Positions 29,414-37,836 of a stretch of 64,000 nucleotides of DNA are shown here, piece after piece. This stretch comes from a phage. The stretch is taken from sequence record PZ452594.1; one strand, written 5' to 3'. Position 1 is the stretch's first letter, and every line of letters starts with the position of its first letter. The notes below the pieces were generated by a model. That model was given only the letters and a program-made list of their open reading frames with translations. It made no database searches and had not been told where the DNA came from. Both the position numbers and the translations under genes were made by a program.

Positions 29414-29543
29414 TACATACTCCTTTGAATAATATCAATAATGTTATTCACCAAATTATAAGTAAACATTGGGTAATTATATTGAATCATCACATACACA
29501 ACAAACAAAACTTTCATTCTCTTCTCCTTGGCAGTTGACAAGA

Positions 29544-29579
29544 TTACTATACCATAACCTTGCCAACTTGTAAACCATT
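29544..29579 (-). promoter_or_regulatory. early promoter (GTTTAC, 18 nt, TATAGT)
   Basis: sense GTTTACAAGTTGGCAAGGTTATGGTATAGT. Confidence 0.5.
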
Positions 29580-29751
29580 AAATGACGTTTTCAATAAAAT
29601 TCTGAAGCTTTGTGTGAGCATCAACCATGATTTTCAATTCTTCTTTGGCGAAAGCTATACCTCTTTCCCGAGAAGAACACTCATAGTCAGAAACTGCATT
29701 AGCATATTCTTCAATTAGCTTCATTAAAAACATCTGCTTTTCAGTTTTCAT
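29578..29751 (-). CDS. small helical protein (56 aa); small-paralogue family
   Basis: hand-translated: MKTEKQMFLMKLIEEYANAVSDYECSSRERGIAFAKEELKIMVDAHTKLQNFIENVI; below track size cutoff. Confidence 0.35.
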   Translation of the reverse strand: MKTEKQMFLMKLIEEYANAVSDYECSSRERGIAFAKEELKIMVDAHTKLQNFIENVI

Positions 29752-29935
29752 TATTCCACCTAATCATTTCAAGATATTGAACTAACTTAGCTTTGGATTT
29801 ATCCAAATCCTTTTTAGCTGCTTCTATACCGTCGTATGAATATCCTTCACAATGCTCAACTGCTAATTGGTATGAATCTATTTCAATATCACGTGCTAAT
29901 TTAATGATTTTTTCAAACTGTTCACGTGTTAGCAT
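29741..29935 (-). CDS. small helical protein (64 aa); small-paralogue family
   Basis: MLTREQFEKIIKLARDIEID... Confidence 0.4.
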   Translation of the reverse strand: MLTREQFEKIIKLARDIEIDSYQLAVEHCEGYSYDGIEAAKKDLDKSKAKLVQYLEMIRWNNEN

Positions 29936-29937
29936 AC

Positions 29938-30177
29938 TTAAACTCTCGTATTATGATCGATAATTTCATCAAGAAACATATCTAACGCTTCTAAAGCATT
30001 ATCAACTTTAGCTTCAAGTTCATCAATGCCTTTATTTGCAATGCCTGACGAAAACCAAGCAAAGTCACTAAGTTCCTCGTCTGCTTTACGAATTAAAGCT
30101 ACCAATTCTTTAATCTTATCCGCTTGTTCGATACTAATCATTATTCCACCACATATGAAAGAGAGAATATTGCACAC
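29938..30177 (-). CDS. small helical protein (79 aa); small-paralogue family
   Basis: ...[24 protein letters not shown]... Confidence 0.4.
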
Positions 30178-30329
30178 GCCATGTGAGTTGCAACTTCATC
30201 ACACATATTATAACGTTTCTTAAGAAGTTCTACAAGTTCTTCACTAGTAACTTCATCCATGTCGACGAAAAAATCACCATTAATGATGACGTAGATATTT
30301 CCTTCTTGATTGAGTGCTTCAATTTTCAT
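30141..30329 (-). CDS. hypothetical protein (62 aa)
   Basis: ATG at 30327-30329 after AAAGAGGAGAA ([21 protein letters not shown]); the longer track ORF would overlap the promoter. Confidence 0.45.
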
Positions 30330-30355
30330 GATGTTCTCCTCTTTATCCGATAGTT

Positions 30356-30392
30356 GTATAGTATCACAGCTCAAACGGAAAGTAAACCGGTA
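30356..30392 (-). promoter_or_regulatory. early promoter (GTTTAC, 18 nt, TACTAT)
   Basis: sense GTTTACTTTCCGTTTGAGCTGTGATACTATACAACTATC. Confidence 0.5.
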
Positions 30393-30402
30393 AAATGAAA
30401 AA

Positions 30403-30420
30403 AGTCTCCCGAAGGAGACT
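30403..30420 (-). terminator. intrinsic terminator AGUCUCC-UUCG-GGAGACU + U6
   Basis: plus agtctcccgaaggagact preceded by a-run; directly 3' of the ORF ending at 30425. Confidence 0.6.
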
Positions 30421-30424
30421 AATG

Positions 30425-30811
30425 TTATTCGAGGGAAAGAAGATACTTACTCTGGTAAAACATTCCAGTAATATCATCTATCGTGCTTTGGATGGCTGGA
30501 GGCATTTCTTTATAAATGCTGTTAGATTGGTCTAGTATGCGATCAATCATTTTAATTGTGTCGGTAGGAAGTTTACTGGCATCTGGAATTGAAGGTGTGT
30601 ATTTTCTACCAGAATACCCCAAATATTGCTCACCAAATTTATCAATCAAATCTGGCAACTCGGAGAAAATAAAATCGTATGCTTTATGTCTAGCATAACT
30701 TTTAGTTTCAAAATGTGCAGAATGAAAATAAGCTTGTGCAGCCATTAATAAACCTAAGTATTCATCTGCCTTTGAAGGTTTTCCACTTTGTGAAAAGTCG
30801 CTGAATTTCAT
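30425..30811 (-). CDS. hypothetical protein (128 aa) immediately downstream of rI
   Basis: ORF track. Confidence 0.5.
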
Positions 30812-31101
30812 TCAGTCTCCAATTTAATGTTCATAATTCTAGCGTATGATTGTGCCATCTCCGCGCCTCGTTCTATACATTCAAAATCAGAAGAGCACGG
30901 GTCATTTTTATAGGTCGTTCTCATAAAACTATAGAATTGTTCAGACGATTCTACGCTTTTATTTTCAAAAAGCATATAAACGTGCCTAATACCAGATTCC
31001 ATAAATTTATCAAAATGAGAATCGACATTCGCTTCAATTGATGGAGATAAAACAAATGACAATCCTAGCATGGCAAAAAGTGCCGTTGCTTTTAAGGCCA
31101 T
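30808..31101 (-). CDS. rI: lysis-inhibition regulator RI (97 aa, signal-anchor N-terminus)
   Basis: MALKATALFAMLGLSFVLSPSIEANVDSHFDKF... matches T4 RI. Confidence 0.85.
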   Translation of the reverse strand: MALKATALFAMLGLSFVLSPSIEANVDSHFDKFMESGIRHVYMLFENKSVESSEQFYSFMRTTYKNDPCSSDFECIERGAEMAQSYARIMNIKLETE

Positions 31102-31113
31102 AAAGGCCTCCTA

Positions 31114-31326
31114 TCATTTTTGTCCTGTATTTACTTTATGCCGGTGCACGGCCTTAACTTTATCAAAGTATTTTTCAAAATTTCGCAATCTAGTATAGTC
31201 TGCCGGAGATTGGTTGAGCGATACTTCTCGACGCAAAGCTGAAATGATATTTCCAACTTCCCTACGAATTTCATCTAATTGAAGAACAGTAAGATTGCGA
31301 AGTTGCTTTTCAGTTAATTGTAGCAT
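31114..31326 (-). CDS. hypothetical protein (70 aa)
   Basis: ORF track. Confidence 0.45.
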   Translation of the reverse strand: MLQLTEKQLRNLTVLQLDEIRREVGNIISALRREVSLNQSPADYTRLRNFEKYFDKVKAVHRHKVNTGQK

Positions 31327-31368
31327 ATATACCCCTTTAGTTAGATAAACCTATTTATAACTTTTGCA

Positions 31369-31950
31369 CTAACCAAGCTTTTTAGTTAATTCATTCCAAT
31401 GTTTTCTACACAAAGAAACATAAATTTCATCACCAATACAGATTTGATTACCTTCTTTAACTGGTGTTCCATCTTCCATTAATCGAGCTGTCATAATCGC
31501 TTTTTTACCGCAATGACAAACTGCTTTTAGTTCAATAAGTTTATCTGCAATCGCTAAAAGTTCTTTAGAACCTTCAAACAATTTTCCAGCGAAATCAGTC
31601 CTTAATCCATAAGCCATAACAGGAACATTATATGTATCAACAATTCGGCTCAATTGATGCACTTGTTCAGTTTTTAAAAACTGGGCTTCATCTACAAATA
31701 CGCAATGAATATCTTTTTGTGCTTCAGCCCATTTATAGAACTCGAAAATATCCATATCATCTGTGATAATATTCGCTTCCTGTTTAATTCCAATGCGAGA
31801 AACGACTTCACAGACAGAGTCGCGAGTATCAATAGCAGGCTTAAGAACTAATACACTCATTCCACGTTCTTTATAATTATGTGCAGCAGTCAAAAGAGAA
31901 GCAGATTTTCCAGCATTCATTGCTGCATAAGTAAAAATTAAACTCGCCAT
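31369..31950 (-). CDS. tk: thymidine kinase (193 aa)
   Basis: P-loop NAGKSASLL; Cys pairs CHCGKK...CRKH typical of TK1-type zinc site. Confidence 0.9.
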   Translation of the reverse strand: MASLIFTYAAMNAGKSASLLTAAHNYKERGMSVLVLKPAIDTRDSVCEVVSRIGIKQEANIITDDMDIFEFYKWAEAQKDIHCVFVDEAQFLKTEQVHQLSRIVDTYNVPVMAYGLRTDFAGKLFEGSKELLAIADKLIELKAVCHCGKKAIMTARLMEDGTPVKEGNQICIGDEIYVSLCRKHWNELTKKLG

Positions 31951-31951
31951 T

Positions 31952-32140
31952 TTAGTCCTTAGTTAAATTTTCTAAATATGTTTCTAAATCATTTTCAGCT
32001 TTATCGATAGATTTTACTAATTCGTAATATGTTTCGGCATCTCCATAATCAGAAGATAATTCAAAAGACAAATCCTTTTCTAAACTAATAATTTCACCAA
32101 CTAAAAATAATATTTCGTTCTTTTGTTCGCGAGTAATCAT
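31952..32140 (-). CDS. small helical protein (62 aa); small-paralogue family
   Basis: MITREQKNEILFLVGEIISLEKDL... Confidence 0.4.
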   Translation of the reverse strand: MITREQKNEILFLVGEIISLEKDLSFELSSDYGDAETYYELVKSIDKAENDLETYLENLTKD

Positions 32141-32322
32141 AAAGAATTTATATAATCAATGAGTTCTTGTTCTTTATTATCGAATTCTTTAGAAAGTTCT
32201 TCGTATTCATTTGCATTAAAAGGACCGCATTCATCACAAACTTTTTCCAATTCACTGTTTTTATCCATAACTTCGTGGATAAGAGAAAAGAGTTTGTCTT
32301 TTTGTTCTTTGCTTAAACTCAT
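32137..32322 (-). CDS. small helical protein (61 aa); small-paralogue family
   Basis: MSLSKEQKDKLFSLIHEVMDKNSELEKVCDECG... Confidence 0.4.
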   Translation of the reverse strand: MSLSKEQKDKLFSLIHEVMDKNSELEKVCDECGPFNANEYEELSKEFDNKEQELIDYINSL

Positions 32323-32492
32323 ATATTAATTTCCAAAAGTTTTAAAATAATTCGCTTTTGCTTAAATATTTCCACAGTTAAATGATCAGTATCTTTTTGA
32401 CCAATTCCAATGGCAAAACCTTTATTAACAGCGAGTTCAATTAAATTATCAAGTTCACGTAACACTTCATATTGTAACTCAGAACTATTCAT
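32319..32492 (-). CDS. small protein (57 aa), ATGA-coupled to both neighbours
   Basis: hand-translated MNSSELQYEVLRELDNLIELAVNKGFAIGIGQKDTDHLTVEIFKQKRIILKLLEINI. Confidence 0.35.
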   Translation of the reverse strand: MNSSELQYEVLRELDNLIELAVNKGFAIGIGQKDTDHLTVEIFKQKRIILKLLEINI

Positions 32493-32701
32493 TTCGGTTT
32501 ACCTTCTTTAACGAAATCTGGATAAGGATAAAATCCCGAATAAAATCCTTCACCTTTATGATTGATGCATCCTTTATTAGAACAATAGCACCAATAATCG
32601 AAATCACAAGCCATTTCATCGTTGCATAAAGCAAAAACAACCGGCCATTTACACTTTTCACAGTGGGCATTTTTAAGAATACTAGTTTGGCTCATAACCA
32701 T
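32489..32701 (-). CDS. Cys-rich small protein (70 aa), probable metal-binding
   Basis: HCEKCKW...CNDEMACDFDYWCYCSNKGCINHKGEG; preferred over the overlapping alternative frame 32485..32670. Confidence 0.4.
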   Translation of the reverse strand: MVMSQTSILKNAHCEKCKWPVVFALCNDEMACDFDYWCYCSNKGCINHKGEGFYSGFYPYPDFVKEGKPK

Positions 32702-32919
32702 GTCACCTTTAAGCAGTATTCTTCTACATGCTGTTTACGACCTTTCTTATCAATAAAGGTATATTCAACGAATGTTCCAATGTAGTCTTTATCTACATCA
32801 TGTGGACTATTAATTGGACATTTAGTACGGCAAATGCGTTCCCATTGACGAATAATTACTGCCTTATTCTTTGGGTCATACGGATGTGGATAATGTATAT
32901 TCATAATAACGGTTCCCAA
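32692..32919 (-). CDS. hypothetical protein (75 aa)
   Basis: ORF track. Confidence 0.4.
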   Translation of the reverse strand: MGTVIMNIHYPHPYDPKNKAVIIRQWERICRTKCPINSPHDVDKDYIGTFVEYTFIDKKGRKQHVEEYCLKVTWL

Positions 32920-33368
32920 TCAACAATCACAATTTCTAATTTAGAGGAATATGTATCTAAAATCCCCTCAATAATATCCCAGTTCCCTTTACCTATGCCT
33001 GCACCAATCCTAGGCATATAGATTGTAGGTTTAATCAGTTTATTTTCACCAAACTCATTTAATTCTAACATACAATTCATTAAAGCGGAATACTCAAAAT
33101 TTGGCCCTGGTTGAAATTGAGTATAAAGGTTGAAGCAATACGCTTTATGAGTCCTAAAGTATTTTTCATAGACTGAGTAAGAACCGAGTTTAGTTACATC
33201 ACCCCATTCAGTCTGTAATTTATCAGCTTCCAAAATTTTAGGGAAAGCTTTGGTTAATTGACCTGCGACTCCAGCTTTCATCGCGTGAAAACAATTACAT
33301 CCATGCGCAATATTTTTACCTTCAGCGAAAAGGGCGACAATATCGCCCTTGATATATTTTACAATCAT
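32901..33368 (-). CDS. macro-domain-like protein (155 aa)
   Basis: N-terminal GDIV...NIAHGCNCFHAMKAGVAGQL and C-terminal MPRIGAGIGKG resemble macro-domain Gly-rich motifs; ATG after GAGGA. Confidence 0.45.
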   Translation of the reverse strand: MIVKYIKGDIVALFAEGKNIAHGCNCFHAMKAGVAGQLTKAFPKILEADKLQTEWGDVTKLGSYSVYEKYFRTHKAYCFNLYTQFQPGPNFEYSALMNCMLELNEFGENKLIKPTIYMPRIGAGIGKGNWDIIEGILDTYSSKLEIVIVDWEPLL

Positions 33369-33712
33369 CTAGTACTCAATCCTCGATTATAAGAATCTAC
33401 CAAACGGTCAACCATTGAATGACAAGCGGCTTTATCTTTCTCCTCCGCAACTGAACATTCTAAGGTATTCCACTTTTTAGCATATCGTTTTAATAATGTA
33501 TCGTTTTTGTATCTACTTGATTTATCTCTTTCTCCGTCTTTATATGCATATATTAATTTCTGTGCAAATTCAGCTTGACATGCTTTATTTTTCCCACAAT
33601 AATCTGCCGCAGTGCGGTTTACATATTCTCTAATTTCAGTATATGATGTATCTGCTGATGCAGAAGCAGAAAATGAAATTAATCCTATACATAAAACCAA
33701 AATTTTAGTCAT
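33365..33712 (-). CDS. secreted/periplasmic small protein (115 aa), 4 Cys
   Basis: signal peptide MTKILVLCIGLISFSASASA then polar mature region. Confidence 0.5.
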   Translation of the reverse strand: MTKILVLCIGLISFSASASADTSYTEIREYVNRTAADYCGKNKACQAEFAQKLIYAYKDGERDKSSRYKNDTLLKRYAKKWNTLECSVAEEKDKAACHSMVDRLVDSYNRGLSTR

Positions 33713-34250
33713 TTACTATTTCCAAAAGTTTATTATTTTTAAGGTAATTAGCCTTTTCTAGGACTTCAGAAGCATATTTAGAACCAGCTTTAACATTCCA
33801 TCCCGAATTATAAGAGGATATTGCTTTTCTTATATCGCCCTTATGTATATTTAACCAATAAGAAAGTTCAATGTACGCCCAGGAAGCTGAATTGGATCGT
33901 TTATTCAACATTCTTTTTATTTCAGCATCGGTCATATTATAACCAAGTTCCTTAACTCTTGCTCGCATAGTAGGCAAATAATTTTGGAACATTCCGTAGG
34001 CGTGATGCTTTGGTTTAGATTTTAAATTAACTCCGCCAGAGCTTTCTTGCCATAAAATAGCAGCCATTATATGACCTAATCCGCTCTTGTGGATATTTTT
34101 GTGTGTTTTATATTTTCCATCCTTAGAAAATTGTTCCCCGAATTGATACGCGTAACGCATGTTATCGAGTTGGACATTACTGAAAGTATGCTCGGAGCTA
34201 TGTGCCATCATTGAAATGGCCAATAGACCAGCGAGTAGTGCTTTTCTCAT
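33705..34250 (-). CDS. secreted lytic-transglycosylase-like protein (181 aa)
   Basis: signal peptide MRKALLAGLLAISMMAHS; SLT-type motif AAILWQESSGG...AYGMFQ. Confidence 0.5.
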   Translation of the reverse strand: MRKALLAGLLAISMMAHSSEHTFSNVQLDNMRYAYQFGEQFSKDGKYKTHKNIHKSGLGHIMAAILWQESSGGVNLKSKPKHHAYGMFQNYLPTMRARVKELGYNMTDAEIKRMLNKRSNSASWAYIELSYWLNIHKGDIRKAISSYNSGWNVKAGSKYASEVLEKANYLKNNKLLEIVND

Positions 34251-34257
34251 GCTTACC

Positions 34258-34719
34258 TCATTGAGTTTTAATTACTGCTTTAGAAGCCTTTCCTGGTAAA
34301 CGACGACTGTTGATAATTGCCATCCTACATTGAAGTGACGGGTTTTTGAACTTCTCATTAGGTTTACAAACCGTAAATCCAAGCCAAAGATTTCCATCTG
34401 TAATTTCCAAACGCCCAGGACGATATTCAACCCCATCAATAAAATCCTCGTCAATGTCAGGACGCGGAGGCATACTCAGGAATTCATTAACTTCTAAAAC
34501 ATGGTCTTTTATTTTATGGAATAATTCAAAAACGTATGTCTCATCAATCTCCCGTTGAATTGCGCGATCAAGAAGATGCTGAGAATATTTTAGATGAAAC
34601 GATGAGACTCCTGCTGCTTTTGATGCCTCACGAATCTCATTGTTAATTTGACGAAACTCCGACTCAAAGTGACGACGAAGCTTATTTCGACGGATAAAAA
34701 CTTCTGTATTGATAGTCAT
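34258..34719 (-). CDS. regB: RegB sequence-specific endoribonuclease (153 aa)
   Basis: MTINTEVFIRRNKLRRHFESEFRQINNEIREASKAAG...; size matches T4 RegB. Confidence 0.8.
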   Translation of the reverse strand: MTINTEVFIRRNKLRRHFESEFRQINNEIREASKAAGVSSFHLKYSQHLLDRAIQREIDETYVFELFHKIKDHVLEVNEFLSMPPRPDIDEDFIDGVEYRPGRLEITDGNLWLGFTVCKPNEKFKNPSLQCRMAIINSRRLPGKASKAVIKTQ

Positions 34720-34744
34720 GTTATTCTCCTCTTAACTGATAGAA

Positions 34745-34780
34745 AAATTATACCACAGTCAAGAGGAAAAGTAAACAATT
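34745..34780 (-). promoter_or_regulatory. early promoter for regB (GTTTAC, 18 nt, TATAAT)
   Basis: sense GTTTACTTTTCCTCTTGACTGTGGTATAAT. Confidence 0.55.
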
Positions 34781-35057
34781 ATTCTTTAAATCTGATTAAT
34801 TTATTCATAGACTTTGAAACTTCTGCACGAACCTCATGTAAGTTTTTAAGCTGTTCAAGACGCTGTTCATAGTAAGCAATTTCATCTTCTTCGAGACAGT
34901 CCTGTGAATCTTCTTTAAGATAACGTGCATAGTCCTGGAAAGCTTTACGGACTACTTCCTGGAAGTCATCAAGACTTTGAATTTTCTTAGGAGCGGCAGA
35001 TACACGACGAGGGGCAGTATAATACTCATAACCAAACCCTGCACTTAATTGAGCCAT
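34779..35057 (-). CDS. hypothetical protein (92 aa)
   Basis: ATG at 35055-35057 ([13 protein letters not shown]...). Confidence 0.4.
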   Translation of the reverse strand: MAQLSAGFGYEYYTAPRRVSAAPKKIQSLDDFQEVVRKAFQDYARYLKEDSQDCLEEDEIAYYEQRLEQLKNLHEVRAEVSKSMNKLIRFKE

Positions 35058-35359
35058 TAGTATTTTTCCTCTGGTTGGAACACAGCACGGCAAGCCCACA
35101 TACTTGCTTCTTTGAGTTTCGTTTTAGCAATAGTTAACTGATCGAGGCTTTCGGCGTAATTCTTCGCGAGTTCATCATCTTCACAGCTATCAAATGCTTC
35201 CCAAAATTCATCGTATAAAGCATCAAAGATAAGTCCTAAACGAACTTCAGCGTCTTTGATAGCATTCACTTTACCGATTTTCTCTTCAGTATGCGGCTTA
35301 TAACCTTTAATGTCTTCAATCATATTTGACTTCCTCACCAGTACATAAATCATATTCAA
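35057..35359 (-). CDS. hypothetical acidic protein (100 aa)
   Basis: ORF track; start uncertain. Confidence 0.4.
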   Translation of the reverse strand: MNMIYVLVRKSNMIEDIKGYKPHTEEKIGKVNAIKDAEVRLGLIFDALYDEFWEAFDSCEDDELAKNYAESLDQLTIAKTKLKEASMWACRAVFQPEEKY

Positions 35360-35537
35360 CTAAACGAATAGGTTCATGAATGCCATATCCCTGAACAGAA
35401 ATTTCTGTCGTAGGATAAATTCCATCAATATCACCCATATTCCACGCTTCGTTAAATTGCTGTTCGCCTGAATTACTAAACCACTCGGCGAAAGCATTTA
35501 GCACATCTTTAGAACCTTCAATAATTATCTTTGCCAT
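35316..35537 (-). CDS. hypothetical protein (73 aa)
   Basis: ORF track. Confidence 0.4.
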   Translation of the reverse strand: MAKIIIEGSKDVLNAFAEWFSNSGEQQFNEAWNMGDIDGIYPTTEISVQGYGIHEPIRLVEYDLCTGEEVKYD

Positions 35538-35899
35538 TATAAGCTCTCAGTAAAGGTACGAGCAATAACGTCGCGCTGCTGTTCCGGAGTCAGAGAGTTA
35601 AAGCGAACTGCATAACCGGATACACGGATGGTCAGCTGTGGATATTTTTCCGGATGCTTAACTGCATCTTCCAGAGTTTCACGACGCAGAACGTTAACGT
35701 TCAGGTGTTGACCACCTTCAATTTTAACTGTAGGCTGTGGCTCAATTTCAATTTCACGAGCATGCAAACCGTAGAAAATTTCTGGGTCTACAAAAGAGTC
35801 CTCTTTAAAGGTTTTAGAGACAATAATTCGTGCTTGAATACCATCTTCAAAATAAATAGTACCTTTATGTGTGCCTTCAAGAATTTGATATGCTTTCAT
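35537..35899 (-). CDS. autonomous glycyl-radical cofactor (GrcA/YfiD-like, 120 aa)
   Basis: C-terminal glycyl-radical motif [13 protein letters not shown]; the 3' third of the gene is visibly more GC-rich than the rest. Confidence 0.75.
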   Translation of the reverse strand: MKAYQILEGTHKGTIYFEDGIQARIIVSKTFKEDSFVDPEIFYGLHAREIEIEPQPTVKIEGGQHLNVNVLRRETLEDAVKHPEKYPQLTIRVSGYAVRFNSLTPEQQRDVIARTFTESL

Positions 35900-35906
35900 A
35901 TAAACC

Positions 35907-36287
35907 TCAATTAGAAAATAAATTTATCCAAGATTGTTCTTTAATTAAAAATGGCTCAGAATCATATGCCATTAAACTTTGGGTGATTAGTCCTTTAAAA
36001 GGTCCATCAATAAATTCCATGGTAAAATATGGAATTTTATTCATTAACTGTGCGTTAGGAGCAGTGCACAAAACTCTGCATCCTTTGAATACGCCTTTTT
36101 GTAATTTGTATTGCTTGGGATAAAATTCGCTTAAAATGTTGTTATTTGCCAAAATTTCAAAATGATTCACCAATTTATTTTTAATAGTTTTTGGCGAAAA
36201 ATAAAGATATTCGAAAAGCTGTGTGTCTGTCATCATTGCATTCCGATTACGAAAAACTGCGGACGAGTAATACCACCAATGCAACAT
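35907..36287 (-). CDS. hypothetical protein (up to 126 aa)
   Basis: ORF track; start uncertain. Confidence 0.4.
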   Translation of the reverse strand: MLHWWYYSSAVFRNRNAMMTDTQLFEYLYFSPKTIKNKLVNHFEILANNNILSEFYPKQYKLQKGVFKGCRVLCTAPNAQLMNKIPYFTMEFIDGPFKGLITQSLMAYDSEPFLIKEQSWINLFSN

Positions 36288-36829
36288 TTACTATTACAGC
36301 AGTAGTGTACAGTGTCAATATGGACGCTATAAATCTTATCCATATCAGGAGATTTGACAGGCTCATCAATTATATACAAAATTCGCGAAAGCGATAAACC
36401 TCTGAACTTACTTCCTTTATTACCAATAAAACTGCGCACAGAATCAGTAAATAAACGAAAACGTATATCATCATTAGAATAACGCAAAAATTCCTTTTTA
36501 ATGTTATTTGCAGAAATTTTAGCGTAAGCTGAAGTATTAGAAAGAACAATAACTGTTCCGCCATCATACAGCCAATTAGCAGCAAAGTTAGTCACAGCAA
36601 TTGATTTACCGGATTGACGTCCACCATCTATACGAAGTGTGCAGTACTGTTTAAGTAATTCTTCAAATGGCGGGATATATTCGTTTTTACAAATTTCTTC
36701 TACTCTAGCATCAGAATGGTGTGTAAAAGCATTCATCAGGGATAGATACGGGCCAGTTAAAAATGTTCTCATATTTTCTCTCTTAATTTTTGGGCCATTC
36801 CATGGCACATGAGTTGTCCATTCCTGCAT
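36233..36829 (-). CDS. P-loop NTPase-like protein (up to 198 aa)
   Basis: Walker A GGRQSGKS, Walker B-like ILYIIDEP; start uncertain. Confidence 0.45.
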   Translation of the reverse strand: MQEWTTHVPWNGPKIKRENMRTFLTGPYLSLMNAFTHHSDARVEEICKNEYIPPFEELLKQYCTLRIDGGRQSGKSIAVTNFAANWLYDGGTVIVLSNTSAYAKISANNIKKEFLRYSNDDIRFRLFTDSVRSFIGNKGSKFRGLSLSRILYIIDEPVKSPDMDKIYSVHIDTVHYCCNSKCCIGGITRPQFFVIGMQ

Positions 36830-36913
36830 TACCCATTACCGCGCTTTGGCTCGACCTTATTACAGGTTGGCGGGAATCCCTCACAGAATCATGAGGTCCA
36901 GGTTGTTCCCATA

Positions 36914-37387
36914 TTATTTGAACGATTTAACGTACTGAATAGAACCTTTACTATTTACGAAAGCGATTTTACCATTTTTATTATACATGGTAGCAGTACG
37001 CTGATAGCCATAAGTTTGTTTACCAGATTGATAACCAACTAATGCGAAATTATCTTCGCCCATTTTATTCTGTTTAGCGCGAATGCGTTCATGACCATGT
37101 GCCATAAGAACCTTAGCATCACCAGTTGCAATGGATCTACGAGTTTTTTCATCTTCAACTGTATTAACAAAGTCGTCAAATGAATCAAATTTAGCATGAG
37201 ATTTATTATACAGTTTTCCATCTACTGCATAATTATATCCCTGTACATCCATCTCAACTTCTGTACCATCATCCAATACAGCAGTGATTTTTTGACCTTT
37301 TTTAAATTTCAAAAGATCAGTAAAAGATTCAGCAATAATTTGAGAATTAATAGCTGCTTCAGTGATAAATTCTTGATATGTTTTCAT
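36914..37387 (-). CDS. internal-protein-like protein with N-terminal capsid-targeting sequence (157 aa)
   Basis: begins MKTYQEFITEA (T4 IP-type CTS ending in the prohead-protease E|A motif); ATG at 37385-37387 after AAAGGAAAC. Confidence 0.6.
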   Translation of the reverse strand: MKTYQEFITEAAINSQIIAESFTDLLKFKKGQKITAVLDDGTEVEMDVQGYNYAVDGKLYNKSHAKFDSFDDFVNTVEDEKTRRSIATGDAKVLMAHGHERIRAKQNKMGEDNFALVGYQSGKQTYGYQRTATMYNKNGKIAFVNSKGSIQYVKSFK

Positions 37388-37396
37388 ATGTTTCCT

Positions 37397-37813
37397 TTAA
37401 ATGTAAATATTTTTACCGTAATACTTATACCAATGTGGTTTCATTAAAATTTTTTCATCAAGTCGTTGTTGACTCAATTTAATAGCTGATTTGCATGGAT
37501 TATAATCATTTTTCCATTCTACTGGAATATCGCTGATGTCAGGAACTTCAGTATCTTTTATACTGAACCCGCGTTTTAAGCATTCCGTTATAATGTCCGA
37601 TTGACGCTTTCGCAAAAATTCTAACTTATCGTAAAAGAAAGTAACATGACCAGAACCTAAAATAAATTTAGAAGATATTTTAAAATCTTTAACGCGCTTA
37701 CCGTTTGCCACATGCTTACGAACTATACCAAAAACACGCGGCAATTCACGGTATTCTGCGATTAAATGTTGATCAGCAAGTTCAGATACTAAAGTCAAAT
37801 TAATACGAGTCAT
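37397..37813 (-). CDS. denV: endonuclease V, pyrimidine-dimer DNA glycosylase (138 aa)
   Basis: [38 protein letters not shown]... matches T4 DenV with divergence. Confidence 0.85.
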   Translation of the reverse strand: MTRINLTLVSELADQHLIAEYRELPRVFGIVRKHVANGKRVKDFKISSKFILGSGHVTFFYDKLEFLRKRQSDIITECLKRGFSIKDTEVPDISDIPVEWKNDYNPCKSAIKLSQQRLDEKILMKPHWYKYYGKNIYI

Positions 37814-37836
37814 TTTATCCCTCCAAGTAACTGTGA

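Noticed and set aside
29413-29517. 34-codon ORF (MKVLFVVYVMIQYNYP...) downstream of the 29544..29579 promoter
   Set aside because: Very short, no clear ribosome-binding site, and the leader is more simply the 5' UTR of ORF 29228..29413.
33365-33712. Naming the 115-aa ORF as vs (valyl-tRNA synthetase modifier) because of its size and position
   Set aside because: It has a clear cleavable signal peptide, which does not fit a cytoplasmic synthetase-binding protein; I cannot place vs confidently, so no symbol is assigned.
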